From assembly GCA_050575255.1 (NCBI GenBank), contig JBNZDD010013686.1:3778801-3842800 (forward strand): DNA of 64,000 bases. Direction: 5' to 3'. Source of the DNA: Harriotta raleighana. Its lineage: Eukaryota. Shown one piece after another: positions 28,001 through 40,617 of the stretch; position 1 is the first letter of the stretch, and each line of letters starts with the position of its first letter. The notes under the pieces were generated by a model. It worked only from the letters and a program-made list of their open reading frames with translations, ran no database searches and was not told where the DNA came from. Both the position numbers and the translations under genes were made by a program.

Positions 28001-28260
28001 AATGTGCGACATAAATATAAGGATTATTTCTATATGCTTGCAAGTCTTCTAGGCAAATCCAATGTTCAATCCAAATACCAGTGTCTCCTACCTGATTGAA
28101 AATCAATTGTTAGAATATACAATATAAGTTAGAATAGCTCAACATTGATATTTAAATTGTACATCCCACCAGTAAATCAAAAGGTTGTTTCTGTCTTTGA
28201 ATTGGCTTTTGTTTTGTATTATTTCTAGGAAGAAATTCCAGTTCATCAGAGATGCCTTAG
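22025..28260 (+). CDS. FMR1NB: FMR1 neighbor-like trefoil (P-type) domain transmembrane protein, about 173 aa
   Basis: Phase-consistent GT-AG exons 22025-22058, 24672-24788, 25649-25780, 26378-26474, 27292-27401 and a probable last exon 28229-28260. Protein: MDVFHVLCLIIG-PTMS...KRLFFPTK-CNPHERYPVACIFKNGNNETICVEKGCCFADETEVSCFKVSIDK-PKQILNIIGIGGGLLLSVALCPFICCLIIQSS-KLNPLRRK...KRKKNKKKSRG-RNSSSSEMP*. The FFPT-C...CCF...CF motif, TM helix, basic tail and position directly after FMR1 fit FMR1NB. Confidence 0.85.
23894..24381. mobile_element. Second Tc1/mariner-pogo-type MITE family
   Basis: TIRs CAGTAAAAGCCCGTTTATCCG / CGGATAAACAGGCTTTTACTG with TA on the right side; related inverted copy at 39981-40617. 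Confidence 0.8.
24672..24788 (+). CDS. FMR1NB: FMR1NB-like exon ending in LFFPT
   Basis: gtccag|GT CCT...CCA ACC A|gtaagt; phase 1-1. Confidence 0.8.
25115..25470 (-). mobile_element. CR1 LINE 3' fragment
   Basis: gaacataagaataaggagcaggagtcgtccattcggccc tail plus ttttggggtagagaattcca...cactaccctctgagtgaagaag ORF2-end motifs in reverse. Confidence 0.7.
25649..25780 (+). CDS. FMR1NB: FMR1NB-like trefoil-domain exon
   Basis: Six Cys in trefoil spacing (C-x9-C-x10-C-x4-CC-x8-C) with the GCCF motif; catag| acceptor and |gtaagt donor; phase 1-1. Confidence 0.9.
26378..26474 (+). CDS. FMR1NB: FMR1NB-like transmembrane exon
   Basis: tgacag|; PKQILNIIGIGGGLLLSVALCPFICCLIIQS; |gtaagc; phase 1-2. Confidence 0.85.
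26752..27055 (+). mobile_element. Near full-length tRNA-headed SINE in an FMR1NB intron
   Basis: TAGCTCAGTAGTTAGAGCAC A box, degenerate B box, body tgtgggaacactgctgtgcgcaattggc, tail gtgaagcgctttga...gcaaggatta. Confidence 0.85.
27292..27401 (+). CDS. FMR1NB: FMR1NB-like basic cytoplasmic-tail exon
   Basis: cgcag|; KLNPLRRKRTAPVKDKDKNDKRYSKSKRKKNKKKSR; donor AG|GTATTT. Without splicing the frame stops at 27424. Confidence 0.8.
28229..28260 (+). CDS. FMR1NB: Probable FMR1NB-like terminal coding exon
   Basis: T-rich tract and ttctag| acceptor; phase 1; (G)RNSSSSEMP*; several AATAAA follow at ~28310-28555. Confidence 0.5.
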
Positions 28261-29879
28261 CAGATGCTTCACCTGAAGCCTTCCTTAAAGGCTCTATTAC
28301 TAAATTGGAAATAAATATTGGTCAGTTGGCATCCATTAATATTCAGATTGCTTCAATGGAGGTGTATCTATAAATGATTGTGTGGGGTAGAAATAAACAT
28401 CAGCCAGAATGTGAAAGCTTGTGTTTCTTTGTGAAGAAAAGTCTTAAGTGGTTTGATATTTGGAATATTGTGATTGGCATAGAAAATAAACCTAAGGAAT
28501 TACGTATACAAAGATGATTTATTCTTAATCAGTTGCATGAAGAGTGTTAAATAAAAAAAATTAAACCCTTATGATTTGGTTTATTTCATCCAGAGAGGTT
28601 TTCGTGGATCTATTCATATTATTCATAAACTGTTTGGAGGGGAACTGTTTTAGCACATTAAATTTACATATGATATCAAACTGTTAGTCTAGGTAACAAC
28701 ATAAGGAGCATAATTAGCATCCAAGGAAATGTGAAGTTATGTGCAGATGAACACAGAGCGGCAGATGGATTTTAATGTTGGGAAATGGAAGATGATTTAT
28801 ACTGAAGTAAACAAAACAATGAACGCTTATAAAACGGAGATGTTCAGAAGCAAAGATGGTGAAGTAAAAGGATTTGAATGTTCTTTATCGTTCACTGAAA
28901 TCAATGTTAAATTGCTGCCAATGAAACTAATCAAATACTAGGTTGCAGCTTCAGGGGATTTGATTCTAAGTTTGTATAAATGACTGTATATCCTCTTCAG
29001 GAGGACATCAAAGCGCTTTAAGGATCATGGACAAGATCTAGTGGTGATTCTGTGACTCAGTGAACCTATCCGCATATCGTTGAACTTATTCCAACAATAT
29101 ATATTCAATGTTGTCAAAGGTTCCATCACACTGACCTTTTAATGGGCACTTTATAAGGTGAGCTAACCAAAGTGTGCAAATGTACAATAGTTTTTTTACT
29201 GCGTCAGTGAGAATGAACTGCTCTTTGCACTGATTCAAAATGGACCTGTGTTAATAAGAAACCCTGTGATGATCTATCCCAATTTGTTAGAAAGTGTGAA
29301 GACCTTTCCTAATGAGGAAGCAATTAACTAAATTCACAATCTTCGGCAAATCTTGTGCTTGATAAGATCAAAACACATGGTGTGTTGTGTTTTTTTTAAA
29401 TGCAGCCATTGAGTAAGTCATCCTTCATAGCCAAAATAATTAACTGGGAAGAGATGTTGTAAAAGTGCATACCAATGATATTTTATCATCCTTTTGATTA
29501 GCAATTTTCATACACAATTGATTCCATGCTCATTCGGTGTTTGCCCTGGTCATTCAGCACTGGCACGGGCTGCCAAAAGAAAATAATCTTTGAGCTACTT
29601 GGGCTGATAACTGGAAGGCTAGTATCACAGATGTAGACAATGAGCCAGTTTGCTTCCAGCAATTCAATTTTGCAATCCTTGTTGCTTTCTCGTCCCATTG
29701 TCTAACCTAAAGTAACTGCAGTACTTCCATGTAACTTTCGCTCACTCATAACTTTCAAAGGCACTCATTTCCAAATAGAAATATTTAGAAATATATGCAT
29801 CAAAAAACATATGTTGATTTGCTACTTCTCCGCTATTTGCTATCTGCGGTTTCTTCTGATGGGTTTGCTGTAACAACAA

Positions 29880-30137
29880 CAAAATTACACTTGTACAGCA
29901 CCTTTCACGTTGTGAGGACATCCCAAGTGCTAGACAGTCGTTTCATAACCGAGCTGTGGTCGGGGACGGTCGAGGGAAAGGTAGGGATTTGGGGTGACCG
30001 AGGACCATCGGAGAGGAGGGTCTTGAGGTGGGACTTGAAGGAGGCCAGGGAGGGAGCGAGGTGGAGGGACTGCGGGTTGGAGTTCCAGAGTTTGGGGGCA
30101 AAGTGGCTGATGGCTCGCCTGCCAATGATGGGGCGGG
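29880..30137 (-). mobile_element. 5'-truncated L2 LINE insertion with target-site duplication
   Basis: Minus-strand remnant GRRAISHFAPKLWNS...SLASFKSHLKTLL (L2 ORF2 end); direct repeat TGTAACAACAA at 29869-29879 and 30138-30148. Confidence 0.8.
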
Positions 30138-33100
30138 TGTAACAACAAAGCATACACTATGATGGATTTTCAAATTATACCCTGATTTTCATCCAGCGAT
30201 TATGAATTGACTTGAAATTTACATGAGATGGTGATTTCTTTCGTTCTCAGTTTAGATTTTTTTATTTCCAAGTTGAATACAGTATACATCGATGTAGCCT
30301 TGAGAAGCCTCTTGTAAAGTCATATCTTTGATATCTCCAGTGACACATATTTCAATTGGATCTACCAGAGGAATATGGAGTCTAACTTCTTTCGATGACT
30401 AACTTCTGTGTCATTAATATTGCTGATGTAAATTGTTTTTTTTTCTGGAACTGAAACAGGAATATCTGCCTATTCATTTATTTCTAAAGCTACAACTGAA
30501 ATGAACCTATCATCATAGACTTTTAAGTTTTTTTTTGTAATGTGAATAGTGTAGACCTGATGTAAAGCACAAGTAAGAAGTTGGTGGGGTAGATTTGTCT
30601 TTCTCAGCAATGGAGGAGGTGTGTGTGTTTGTGTGTGCGCATAAGTATATACTGTGTGTATATACATACTGTATATACAGTATACAGTACTGTATATTGT
30701 ACATATATAATATAGCAGATTGCCAGGAGGGGGCAGCGAGAGACTATAGTATGGAAATGAAACATTTCACTCAAAACATGTTTCAATTGGGTGCCATGCT
30801 GTATGCAGCACACAAGGGTGCATCATATTTTTATACATAGAACATAGATCAGTATCTGCAACAAGCTAATAATAGTCAATACCCATTATGGTAAATGCTG
30901 TGAAGAACATTCAGAAAGTAAGATTTTTAAAATGTAGTTAAACGACTCGGAGCAGAATTTTCATTTTATGAAAATGTTGAGAGGTACAGTATGTAAAAAC
31001 TTGTAAAACAATAAATGAGCAGTTATTTTCATTAAACTGTTCGCATAGCCCCATGGTTGTTTTCCCTGGGATCCATCACAACTTAACTTGGCAGCAGTAC
31101 TCCCACAAATATTAAAAACACTGAAAGCAACGATCTCTTGTTTTTGTATATATTAAAATTGAAATTAAAAAACGTCTAAAACAATCATCATTTTGCTCTA
31201 TATTGTTTGCATTCCAGCCTGTACATTACAACCGAATTGTATTATGGTCAAAAGCAAATTCCTTTTTCTTGTATTTTTTTAAAAAAAACTGTAGAGATGT
31301 GTCTGTTATCTTTATACAGTAATTGTAATGGGAACGTGAGAGGTATTTCTAAAATCCCTTAAGATAAGAGTAAATGTTTTTTAAAAATTATTACATAATT
31401 AGAATATAATATATCTAAAAAAAGATGTGAGGGACACGGATTCAGTAAAGAAATTGGATAGATGAACTTAGTAGCAGAGAGAAAGAGAACAGATCGTGAT
31501 CAAGCTCAACAGACACTTTGTTAGTGCAATGGTTATCACAACTGACAGCTCCTACACAGTGGTCTGGTTATGTGAAATGTGTGCAAGTTGTATGCTTAAC
31601 GTATTTTTGCAGTGGTGGATTTGTGTTGTGGTAGAAACATACTTGCATACTGCTATTAGGCAAACATTACTCTGGTTACAGCTGCTGTTTGCTTGCGATG
31701 AGCTTGTTTACATTTGTTTCAGCTGATAAGAAAGTACCATTCAGGTGGGCACCTCACAGGTACGATGATGTGCTCTGTATACATTAAATAACTATTTGTC
31801 ACTTGGTGTTATCTGATGCTTGCGCTGAAAAATATGCCCTTGGCATCTGTCATCTGATTTATGTTTCTTATTCAGCCATGGCAGTTCATCGTTAGCTTAA
31901 TTTTGTAATATTTAAGTTTCTAAAGTATTTGCTGCTTATCTGCGGCTTTTCAATTGTGTACCTCTTTGTGTTACACCNGGCAGTTCATCGTTAGCTTAAT
32001 TTTGTCATATTTAAGTTTCTAAAGTATTTGCTGCTTATCTGCGGCTTTTCAATTGTGTACCTCTTTGTGTTACACCCAATTTATGCGTTGAAGAGTAACA
32101 CATTGCACATCTCACTCCCTGAGGAACCTGTAGTCAATGTTTTTTTCTCTCTCAGTGTTTCTTTATCACGTATCCCTGTGTGAGTTTACATCTTTCCTGC
32201 ATTCAGGACTTCACCATGTTTAAATTTGGGTTTGAATTCATCTGAATCCACGTCTTTCATGAAATGTTGAAATTGTCAGTTAAAATATTTAAAGCTGAAC
32301 ATTGTATCGAGAATCCCTGAGGTGTTCATACCTAAAGGCACTTTAATCAAATAGTCGTTGGAATTNTGTACCTCTTTGTGTTACACCCAATTTATGCGTT
32401 GAAGAGTAACACATTGCACATCTCACTCCCTGAGGAACCTGTAGTCAATGTTTCTCTCTCAGTGTTTCTTTATCACGTATCCCTGTGTGAGTTTACATCT
32501 TTCCTGCATTCAGGACTTCACCATGTTTAAATTTGGGTTTGAATTCATCTGAATCCACGTCTTTCATGAAATGTTGAAATTGTCAGTTAAAATATTTAAA
32601 GCTGAACATTGTATCGAGAATCCCTGAGGTGTTCATACCTAAAGGCACTTTAATCAAATAGTCGTTGGAATTTCTCTTTCTACAACTGCTGCCAAACGGG
32701 CTGACTTTCTTTCGCCTTGTTCTTCCTACAGATAACATTGATCAGAATAATCTTTTTGTTTTTATCAGCAAAAAAAATACAATCATCTTCCAGGGTAAAA
32801 TGTAGTTGGATCCTGGTGGGACACTTCTTAATGCTTCACGTGGAATTATTGTCACCTGCAAAGACGCTTTTGCAACAAGATAGATGTGCTTTAGAAAGAA
32901 ATGTTGTGTGCATCAACTAAAATAAATTGGGTATGCTGATGCCTTCTCAAATTTGCATTCACTCGATTCAAGTAATTTAAAATTTCTGAATTATTTAATC
33001 TTATTTTTCCACTTTGAGATTTTGGGGGAAAATTCCCTAAAAATTTACAGGGATTATGAGAAATATAAAATGTGTAGATGTGTGAGCATTGTTCTGTGGT

Positions 33101-36100
33101 GCAATAAATCCTGAATACACATAGATATTCAAAAATAGTTGATTGACTGTTGAACTGAACTTTTGTCCCCTTTAGACTATTTAGACAAACAACACTTACA
33201 AAATGATTGACAAATAATATGTTTGTTGCAGCATTAGTGGAGTATGTTCAAGTGACAGTGAATTATTCTTGTGCATCTTCACCTTGCTATCCACTTCTAC
33301 TACTGCAATGTTTACTGCACAAGTGGAAATATCTGTAAGGATTCTGCTGTGTTCCTTGGTTTTGAGGTATATAATGTGTCTTCATGCCTACATGGAGGGA
33401 GGAACGTGAAAGGAGGGAAGCGTCAAGATATTTAAAGGTAATCATATGTAAAAGGACAATATCTTTGCTGCTGTAGCTAAGAATAAAGATATCATCCACA
33501 AGTTGTACAGTAATATTTGTGTGTGCAATGATGTGTTCCAATAGGATTTACGCCATTTTCGTACATTTAGAAAAGATTTCTATCCCTATTTGCTAAACAT
33601 TTGGACAGCAATCTTTTTGAGATGGAAACAGACAATGTTTTGAAGGTCTCGTGATCCCAAACTTTGAAACTGCTATTGCAACAATGTTTAGGTTTTTTTT
33701 TAAAAACAGTGTCTCTCGAGGTAATAGTGTATTCACTGTGTGTTTGAAAACTAACATGAACTATAACCATCCTCACATTTGATACAGCCCTGTTTATGTT
33801 GGAAAGACTCTTGCTTCATGGGATTCACTGCAAAGTCTACCAAGACATTGCTCTATAAATGCAAGTTGTTGTTAATAGCGCTCTGATACACAATTCTGTG
33901 TGAAGAGTGTTATATAAATGCAACTTCTTGTTGTTAATCTTTTTTGTAGGTGAGCTCCCATAATAAGATAGCCCATTTTTAAATTATGTCATTCTGTGGT
34001 GAGGTATCATGTCTCAGTTTGCCCTTGGTTATTAAATCATTATTCTTCTCAAACATTACCAGCTAGAGGTCTGTTATGCACCAATTAAAATAAATATTCC
34101 CAGTGTTTTGATAGACCCCCTCTGTCAATGATATTACCCATTCCATTTGCAGCAAACGCTTGTTTTCAAGGTAGCTCTATCCTGCTTTAATTATTTTAAA
34201 TTTGCATTATCTGCAGTATTTTCAATCACAAATATGACTAATGTCAATTGTACAAATGTTTTGGGGGCAAGCCTGACTGCACTAAAGATGGTTGCATACC
34301 TCTCATGCAATAGGAAAGGAACATTTGAAGTTGGTTAAATTACACTTCAACACAAGTCTTCTGAAACCACACTTAATGGTACAGTATATAGAAATGAGTA
34401 ATCTCGTAGGAACAGAATGAGAACAGATGCTGGAGAAGGAAGAGGATAAACCACTATATTTTCATTTGGCAATGCTTACCAGCAAACGATTAATGAATTG
34501 TTACAAGAGGAATACAACAATTTTAATATAGGTCTTGAATATCAGGATGGTTAGGATCATTGTCTACACTTGTCCTGAGCTGAGTTCCTGGCTAAAATAA
34601 AATTATATATAAACTTGATAATAGCATTCTACAACTGGGCACAACATTGAGTCTTTTCTGTTTCCATTCAATTTTAATTCTGCAATTTTCCTCAGTTACT
34701 TATTCCTCATCTTTTCCCCTAAAGCCCCCCACTCCACTCCCCTTAGATTATCTCATGGGCCATTTAAAGTTAAATGCTTTACAGTGGGGAAACAGCCTCT
34801 ATATTTCCTACTCTGAAGTCTCATTAGCCACGGACCCAAAAGAGTTTTGTGGATTGGCAGAGTTCTGCTCACTTGGGCAAAAAGGGAGGTAGGTCTGTAA
34901 CGTTATTAAGGAGCTGGTTATGTAACCTCTTTAATGAAATAAAAAATGGGACTTGACTTGCGCGCACACCAAACAGATTTCCATCATCTGCATTTACATT
35001 GCTGCAATGCTAATCGATTTCTTGGTGAATCCATCACTTGAAGATTTTGTTCTTTGCCTTTGCCGTTCGACTCATGTTCATGTCAATTCCACGTGTTCTT
35101 GTCAAAAAATCAATGCAATATTTTGAAAAAATAGTTTGAATCGGGCATCAATTTACCTTTGTGACCGAGATAAGAGTTGTTCAGTGGGACCATTTCTAAT
35201 CACAGTTTTTAAATTTCCCACCTGATGTATAATGCAACCTGCTGGATCAACAAATCATCATGTATGTCTTTCTTCTGTGGCAAAATTTACGCAATTTTCA
35301 GCAGAAGCACACATGCAGGAAAATTTGGAGTGCCATCTGAAAAGAAATACGACTCTTAAGACTTGAAGCCACTGACTGAATCATCTCTTTGTTACATCTG
35401 ACTCATGTTAACGTGCTCGTTGGCTGAGTCCCAGATTGCCTATTAAAACAGAGGGGCATTACATTTTTGTCATGCCATGATTAAGATTTAAAATCTTGCT
35501 TCCTCAGGATGTTTTCTCCCCACTGCGAATTCTTAGTTCAAGCTGTTGTAACATCCAATAATTTGATTCATTACTGTGTTTGCCACAAAAACTCTGGGCA
35601 TTATTGAATTTGACACTGTAAAATGCATCCAAAATTGTCATTTGCAAACTCAAGCCAATCCATTTTGTGTAGAAATCTGTACCAGCAGGAAACTCTTCAA
35701 TCACTATTACTTCAATCACTCTTCAATCACTTGTAATCTGGTGACAAGGGAAATGTATCCAAACCTTGGTAGTGATCTCGGTTACATTTCTGATTTATGC
35801 GAGCCTTTTGGTTTGCATCTCCATTCTCTTATCTTCTGGTAGACAATGCAACTTTTTTTTTTAACCTTGGAGTAAAACATTTGCCCACATTCACCACTTT
35901 ACATTTACCTCAATACACTATTATATGGCATACGTTTACCACATTATGTTTGTACACCATCGAATTAGGAAGGTAGGAAGCCATTTGGCCCATTGTTTGG
36001 CTCCTGCAAGAAAACAAAATCCTGCCTAATCCCCTTTCCTTGTTCTTTCCTCCCACTGTACTTTCCAATGCCCTTCCCCAATTTCTTCATTGGAATTTGT

Positions 36101-39100
36101 TTAATTCACTTTCAAATGTCCGTGTCACCTCTGCTCCAGCAGCTCCCCCTGCCAAATGATTCCAATGGAAAGGAATTTAAACTCTGGGTGTTCTTCCTAC
36201 TTGATGAGCACCTGTCAGAAACCAGGACATGGAGTGGGTCATTTTAGATAGCTGCAGAGGGAATTGTAGCATAGCTTATGTTTTTGTTCCTGGCTCTTTA
36301 AAGCATTCCACTGCTGTGCGAGGATGAATTGACCTGTAGCCAACAGTGTTGAAAATTACAAGTCTTAACTAGTAGAGCTCCAGGATTAGAGGATCAACCC
36401 TTGCCATCTGATCACTTTCTTCCTTCTTTCTAAATGAGGTAATCTCAATGAATTGGATTTAAACAGTCTCAAACCTTTTAGACCACCAACAGCTGGTGCT
36501 TTAGAAAACCAGTTGCAAGGACTATAGGGAGGCGGGAACTGAGAAAAGGGAGTTGAACAGATTATTTGCCTTTGGGATTATACTGGATAATTGAAGCATG
36601 GATAATCAAGGCTCTCGCGTTTCAATTTTTCCATTGTGCATCAATAAAAAACTACAGAACAGCATTGTGGTTATTTAGTGACTTTTACCAGTGCTTGAAG
36701 CTAAATTGTACAACTGTTCGTAGTCACAAAAAAAGGTATATTTCATTTTCGGGTGCTGCAGACCCATTTAACACGATGCAAAATCAAAGAACATATTCAT
36801 CACAACAAACTAGAGGGGTTTACATTAAAGTGAGGTTCTGTGTTTTAATGATTTGAACATTTTCTGGTTCTATAATTATTGTTAGTATTTTGTGGTAGCA
36901 TGTCCGCAACAAAAACAGCAGCTTACAACCCTCCGAAACAGAGGACAGAATTGTTGCTTCTCTTTTTATACATAAAAAAAAACTATTAATTGAAAAGAAA
37001 TGGCTTTACATTTGTGTGAATTGTGTGATTCACTTCTCCCAGAGTACATACATGGGTATAGCCTAGTACATACATATAGGCTTGCCAGACAGCGCACTCA
37101 ATCACAAGGTATGTGATTTTAACTGGTCAAACTCCAGCAGTGACACCCTCTGGAGCCCCTAAGCATGAGCAGTCATGAATCTGCCCCAATGTTCTTCACA
37201 ATTAGATAAGCAGGGTGCCTGGTTTGAATATTCTGAAGTACAGTGATGGGTTTATGTATGTGTCAGATTGCTTGATTTCCCCCTCCCCCCCTCTCCCACA
37301 TACACACACACAAAAAAAGGAATTCTACCACACTGACATTAAACTACTGCAAATAAGCGTAAATTACAAATGCTGACAAAAAATTAAAAGACAGTGGGTA
37401 TTGCAAAATACTTATTTATGTTAAAATACAACATATGTTTATTATTTTATTATGACTATTATACTTTACTATATAAAATCTGGGAAAGCTTTTTTTGTTT
37501 AAAAAGAGAAATATTTTGAATAAAAATAAAACCCATTTTGGGATCAGGTGGTTTTATGAAAAGTTAAAAATTAAAATCATTGATTTGAATTCTTTGTAAT
37601 TGTAGATTTTCTATTTGCAATGTTTCTAATTCGCTAAAGACCTAATTTTGGAGCCTGGATGGATTTGGCTTTGAAACATAAACCTGTTGCAACAGGAATC
37701 TGGTTATGAGAAAATTAGTTGAAAATATTCATGTATTCCAGGATCTACAGGTTTTTTTTTGAAAAACAACAACTTGCATTAATATTGCATTTAGTAACAT
37801 TTATGGGATATCATACATGGTAGTTTGGGAAGTATGTGCATGTGACTGCCAGGAATGTGCAAGGCAAACCGGATGGTCTTTTTTTCTGTCTAGTATTTCT
37901 TATGTTCTTATGTCTTCAGCCCAGACAACATCTCAGAGAGCTTAAATAACATAAGTATATTTTGCAATAGATACCAATAAATACTGTTCAAAATGTTTTC
38001 TACACTTATTGTATTGGGGTTGAAATCAAATGCATTTTCTGACTGCATGTGGCAGACTAAAGTTCCAAGTGATGTGGGCTGGTAGCCTTGAGCACACAAT
38101 ACTGTGAGCTAAACTTAGGTGCGATTCAAAGGTGGAGAGAAACTGCTCTTTACCACTCTTCCTGAAATAGGGATGATCCTGGGTGATGAGAGAAAACTGA
38201 CTCAGAGCCTGTCATGATATTCTTATGAACTTGTCATGACACAATTCAACACTTTGCTGTTGACCTAGTTTCAGAGTTTTAAACAGCAGGGTGTGGATAA
38301 TCCTTCCTGTCCTCTGAGCTGCATTATGCAAATTATAATGTGGAACTATTGGTAGAAAGTACAAATCTAAAGCTGTCTAAAATATGAAACACAAAAAAAA
38401 AATGTTTTCCCAGGTACTTGGTTCTCTATTTCTTATCTTCATTGAAAATATATATACTGTATATATTATTCAACTTGCTAGTTGTGATTGTAAGCTGATT
38501 CAGACTTGATTCTTTCATAATAAAGGGTTTGGTTACATGTTAATACTTAAAGCTCTTTTTCTGGTTTGTCTTGGCACATGGTAATGGATGTACAATTCCA
38601 AGTACTGGGCCAGAATTACAGTAGTGATCACTAGTCTCATAGAACACAGTCAAACTAAACGTATGTGATTGGTGATTGACAGACAGCACGGGTGAGTGAA
38701 AAGGAAAACCATTCAGCAGAATGGTGGCTTCAATGTGTTACTGCGCTTTTTATATATTTGTGTGTGTGCGTGTGCTACTGATTTACACGTAGTGAAGTTA
38801 CAAGCACTCTCTGCATCGGCAGAGACGCATAACTCATCTCAGTTCACGTTTATATTAGAATGACTGGTCTTTCATGCTATTTATATAAAAGTCACATTCC
38901 CAAACTATTCAGTGGAAACTTTGCTGATATGATTGATTTATTCCTGGAACACAAACCACTTGATTTAGCAAAGCAAGGGGTTTCCACGTATCTTATTCTC
39001 AGCAAACCAAATAAATAAACATTGTCCGAAAGTGGCGGTGTTGTCTATGTTGCAGTGGACACAAATCGACACCAGTGATCTCAATCCTCTTGTTTCTTTT

Positions 39101-39739
39101 GTAAACAGGAAATGTTTTGCCATAAGTAGTAGATTTTCAGTGACCTGACAGGGGTGAAATGAGAAATATTCCTCCCTTGACTGTAACCTTGCAAAGTGGT
39201 ACAATATGTATCAATGTTACTGAAGGTGCAGAATTCACACCCCACGCAATATTTGCGAAAGCATTCTAACGTGTGAAGATCCGTGGTATGATAACTATAT
39301 TTATGAATCGAGTAAACCAATAATTGTTTCCAGAAGCGAGTCCTGCTTTCATGAAAGGTACCTTTGTTATGTTTGCAACAATACCTCCTCCTCTTTGAGT
39401 ACTGAGTTTGTGGTGAATTGCCCCTGCCAGAAATGCAAAACAATTGACATACAGTAGTAAATAAGCGCCACTCATCATTGTACTGTATCTTGACGGTTGA
39501 GAGTGTGGTTTCCTCTGATCTGCTCACAAGACGGTAAGTAGATATTAACTATCAGCGCTGTTTCCATTACAGTATACCGTAGTTTGCAGGAATGCACAAG
39601 GCACTTTGAAGTGGATCTGCTTTCCTATCATATATCCAGGTTAGAAATTTCAATAAAACCCTGTACCTTTGGTTGTCTGTTCTCGTCCCTAAACATTTAC
39701 AGTACAGTATTTACAAATAAAACAATAAAATGGTCACTC

Positions 39740-39978
39740 AATCCACCACTGTTTGTGGGACATCTGTTGTACGCAAATTGGCTTCTGCGTTTTGTCCACA
39801 AAAGTGTTAATTCACTTGACAGTATATTCTGTGAAATGCTTTGAGACGTCTCAAAGACGTGATAATGTGCTGTATCAAATGCAAACATTATAATCCTTGC
39901 ATTTGATATGGCGCTTTTCATGTCTTCTAGGCGTCTCAAAGTGCTTCACAGAATATACTGTAAAGTGAATTGACTGTA
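39740..39978. mobile_element. Two SINE 3' halves joined tail-to-tail in inverted orientation
   Basis: The + copy ends ...atcaaatgcaaacatta and is followed directly by a - copy, taatccttgcatttgat... Confidence 0.75.
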
Positions 39979-39980
39979 TA

Positions 39981-40617
39981 CAGTAAAACCCCATTTATTT
40001 GGCACTCACGGGACCTGGTCAGTGGCATTTAAATAATTTTCAGGTTGAACTTTTTTTTTAATTTAAAAATTAAAATTCAAAATTATTTTAACACATACCG
40101 TATTAATAACAGACTAAATAATAACAGATAATAACAATATTCTATGTATATTTATTGTAAATGTTGTACACTGTACCATATAAATAGTAAAGTGAGTACA
40201 GTAATGACAGAATACTGTAATAACAGAATATTGTATAGCTACTTTATTGTAAATGTTTATACTATATAAATAATAGACTAACAACACTAACAACAGATAC
40301 TATAATAGAATATTGTATTAGTACTTTATTATTTATTCCTACCTTTGCAGCATTGAGAGGAAAACAAAAGGGCAAAATGGCGGCTTTAAAAAAATAATGG
40401 CAGACATTTAAAAAGGAGCAGGAGCGAGTTTAGACGCGACTAGGGGCCAGCCAAAATACCTGCACCAGCACTCGTGTGCGACAATCGATTCATTAAATGC
40501 GTCATCACTATTTTGCCGGATAACTTCCAGTTTATCGAATCTGAACTTTTTTTTTTCGAGGTTCCGGTTCAACGGGTTTTCTGGTTCATCGAGTCACGGA
40601 TAAACGGGATTTTAATG
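39981..40617. mobile_element. MITE of the 23894-24381 family nested inside a SINE
   Basis: TA|CAGTAAAACCCC...GGGATTTTAATG|TA; the SINE sequence gaattgactgTA / TAtttgtgggcaaaacg resumes on the two sides. Confidence 0.8.

Noticed and set aside
29000-29045. Alternative terminal exon for FMR1NB (ttcag|GAGGACATC...)
   Set aside because: It lies within a decayed CR1-like fragment (~28680-29040); the 28229 acceptor is the better candidate
39081-39527. 148-aa minus-strand ORF
   Set aside because: No recognisable motif and a composition consistent with a chance ORF
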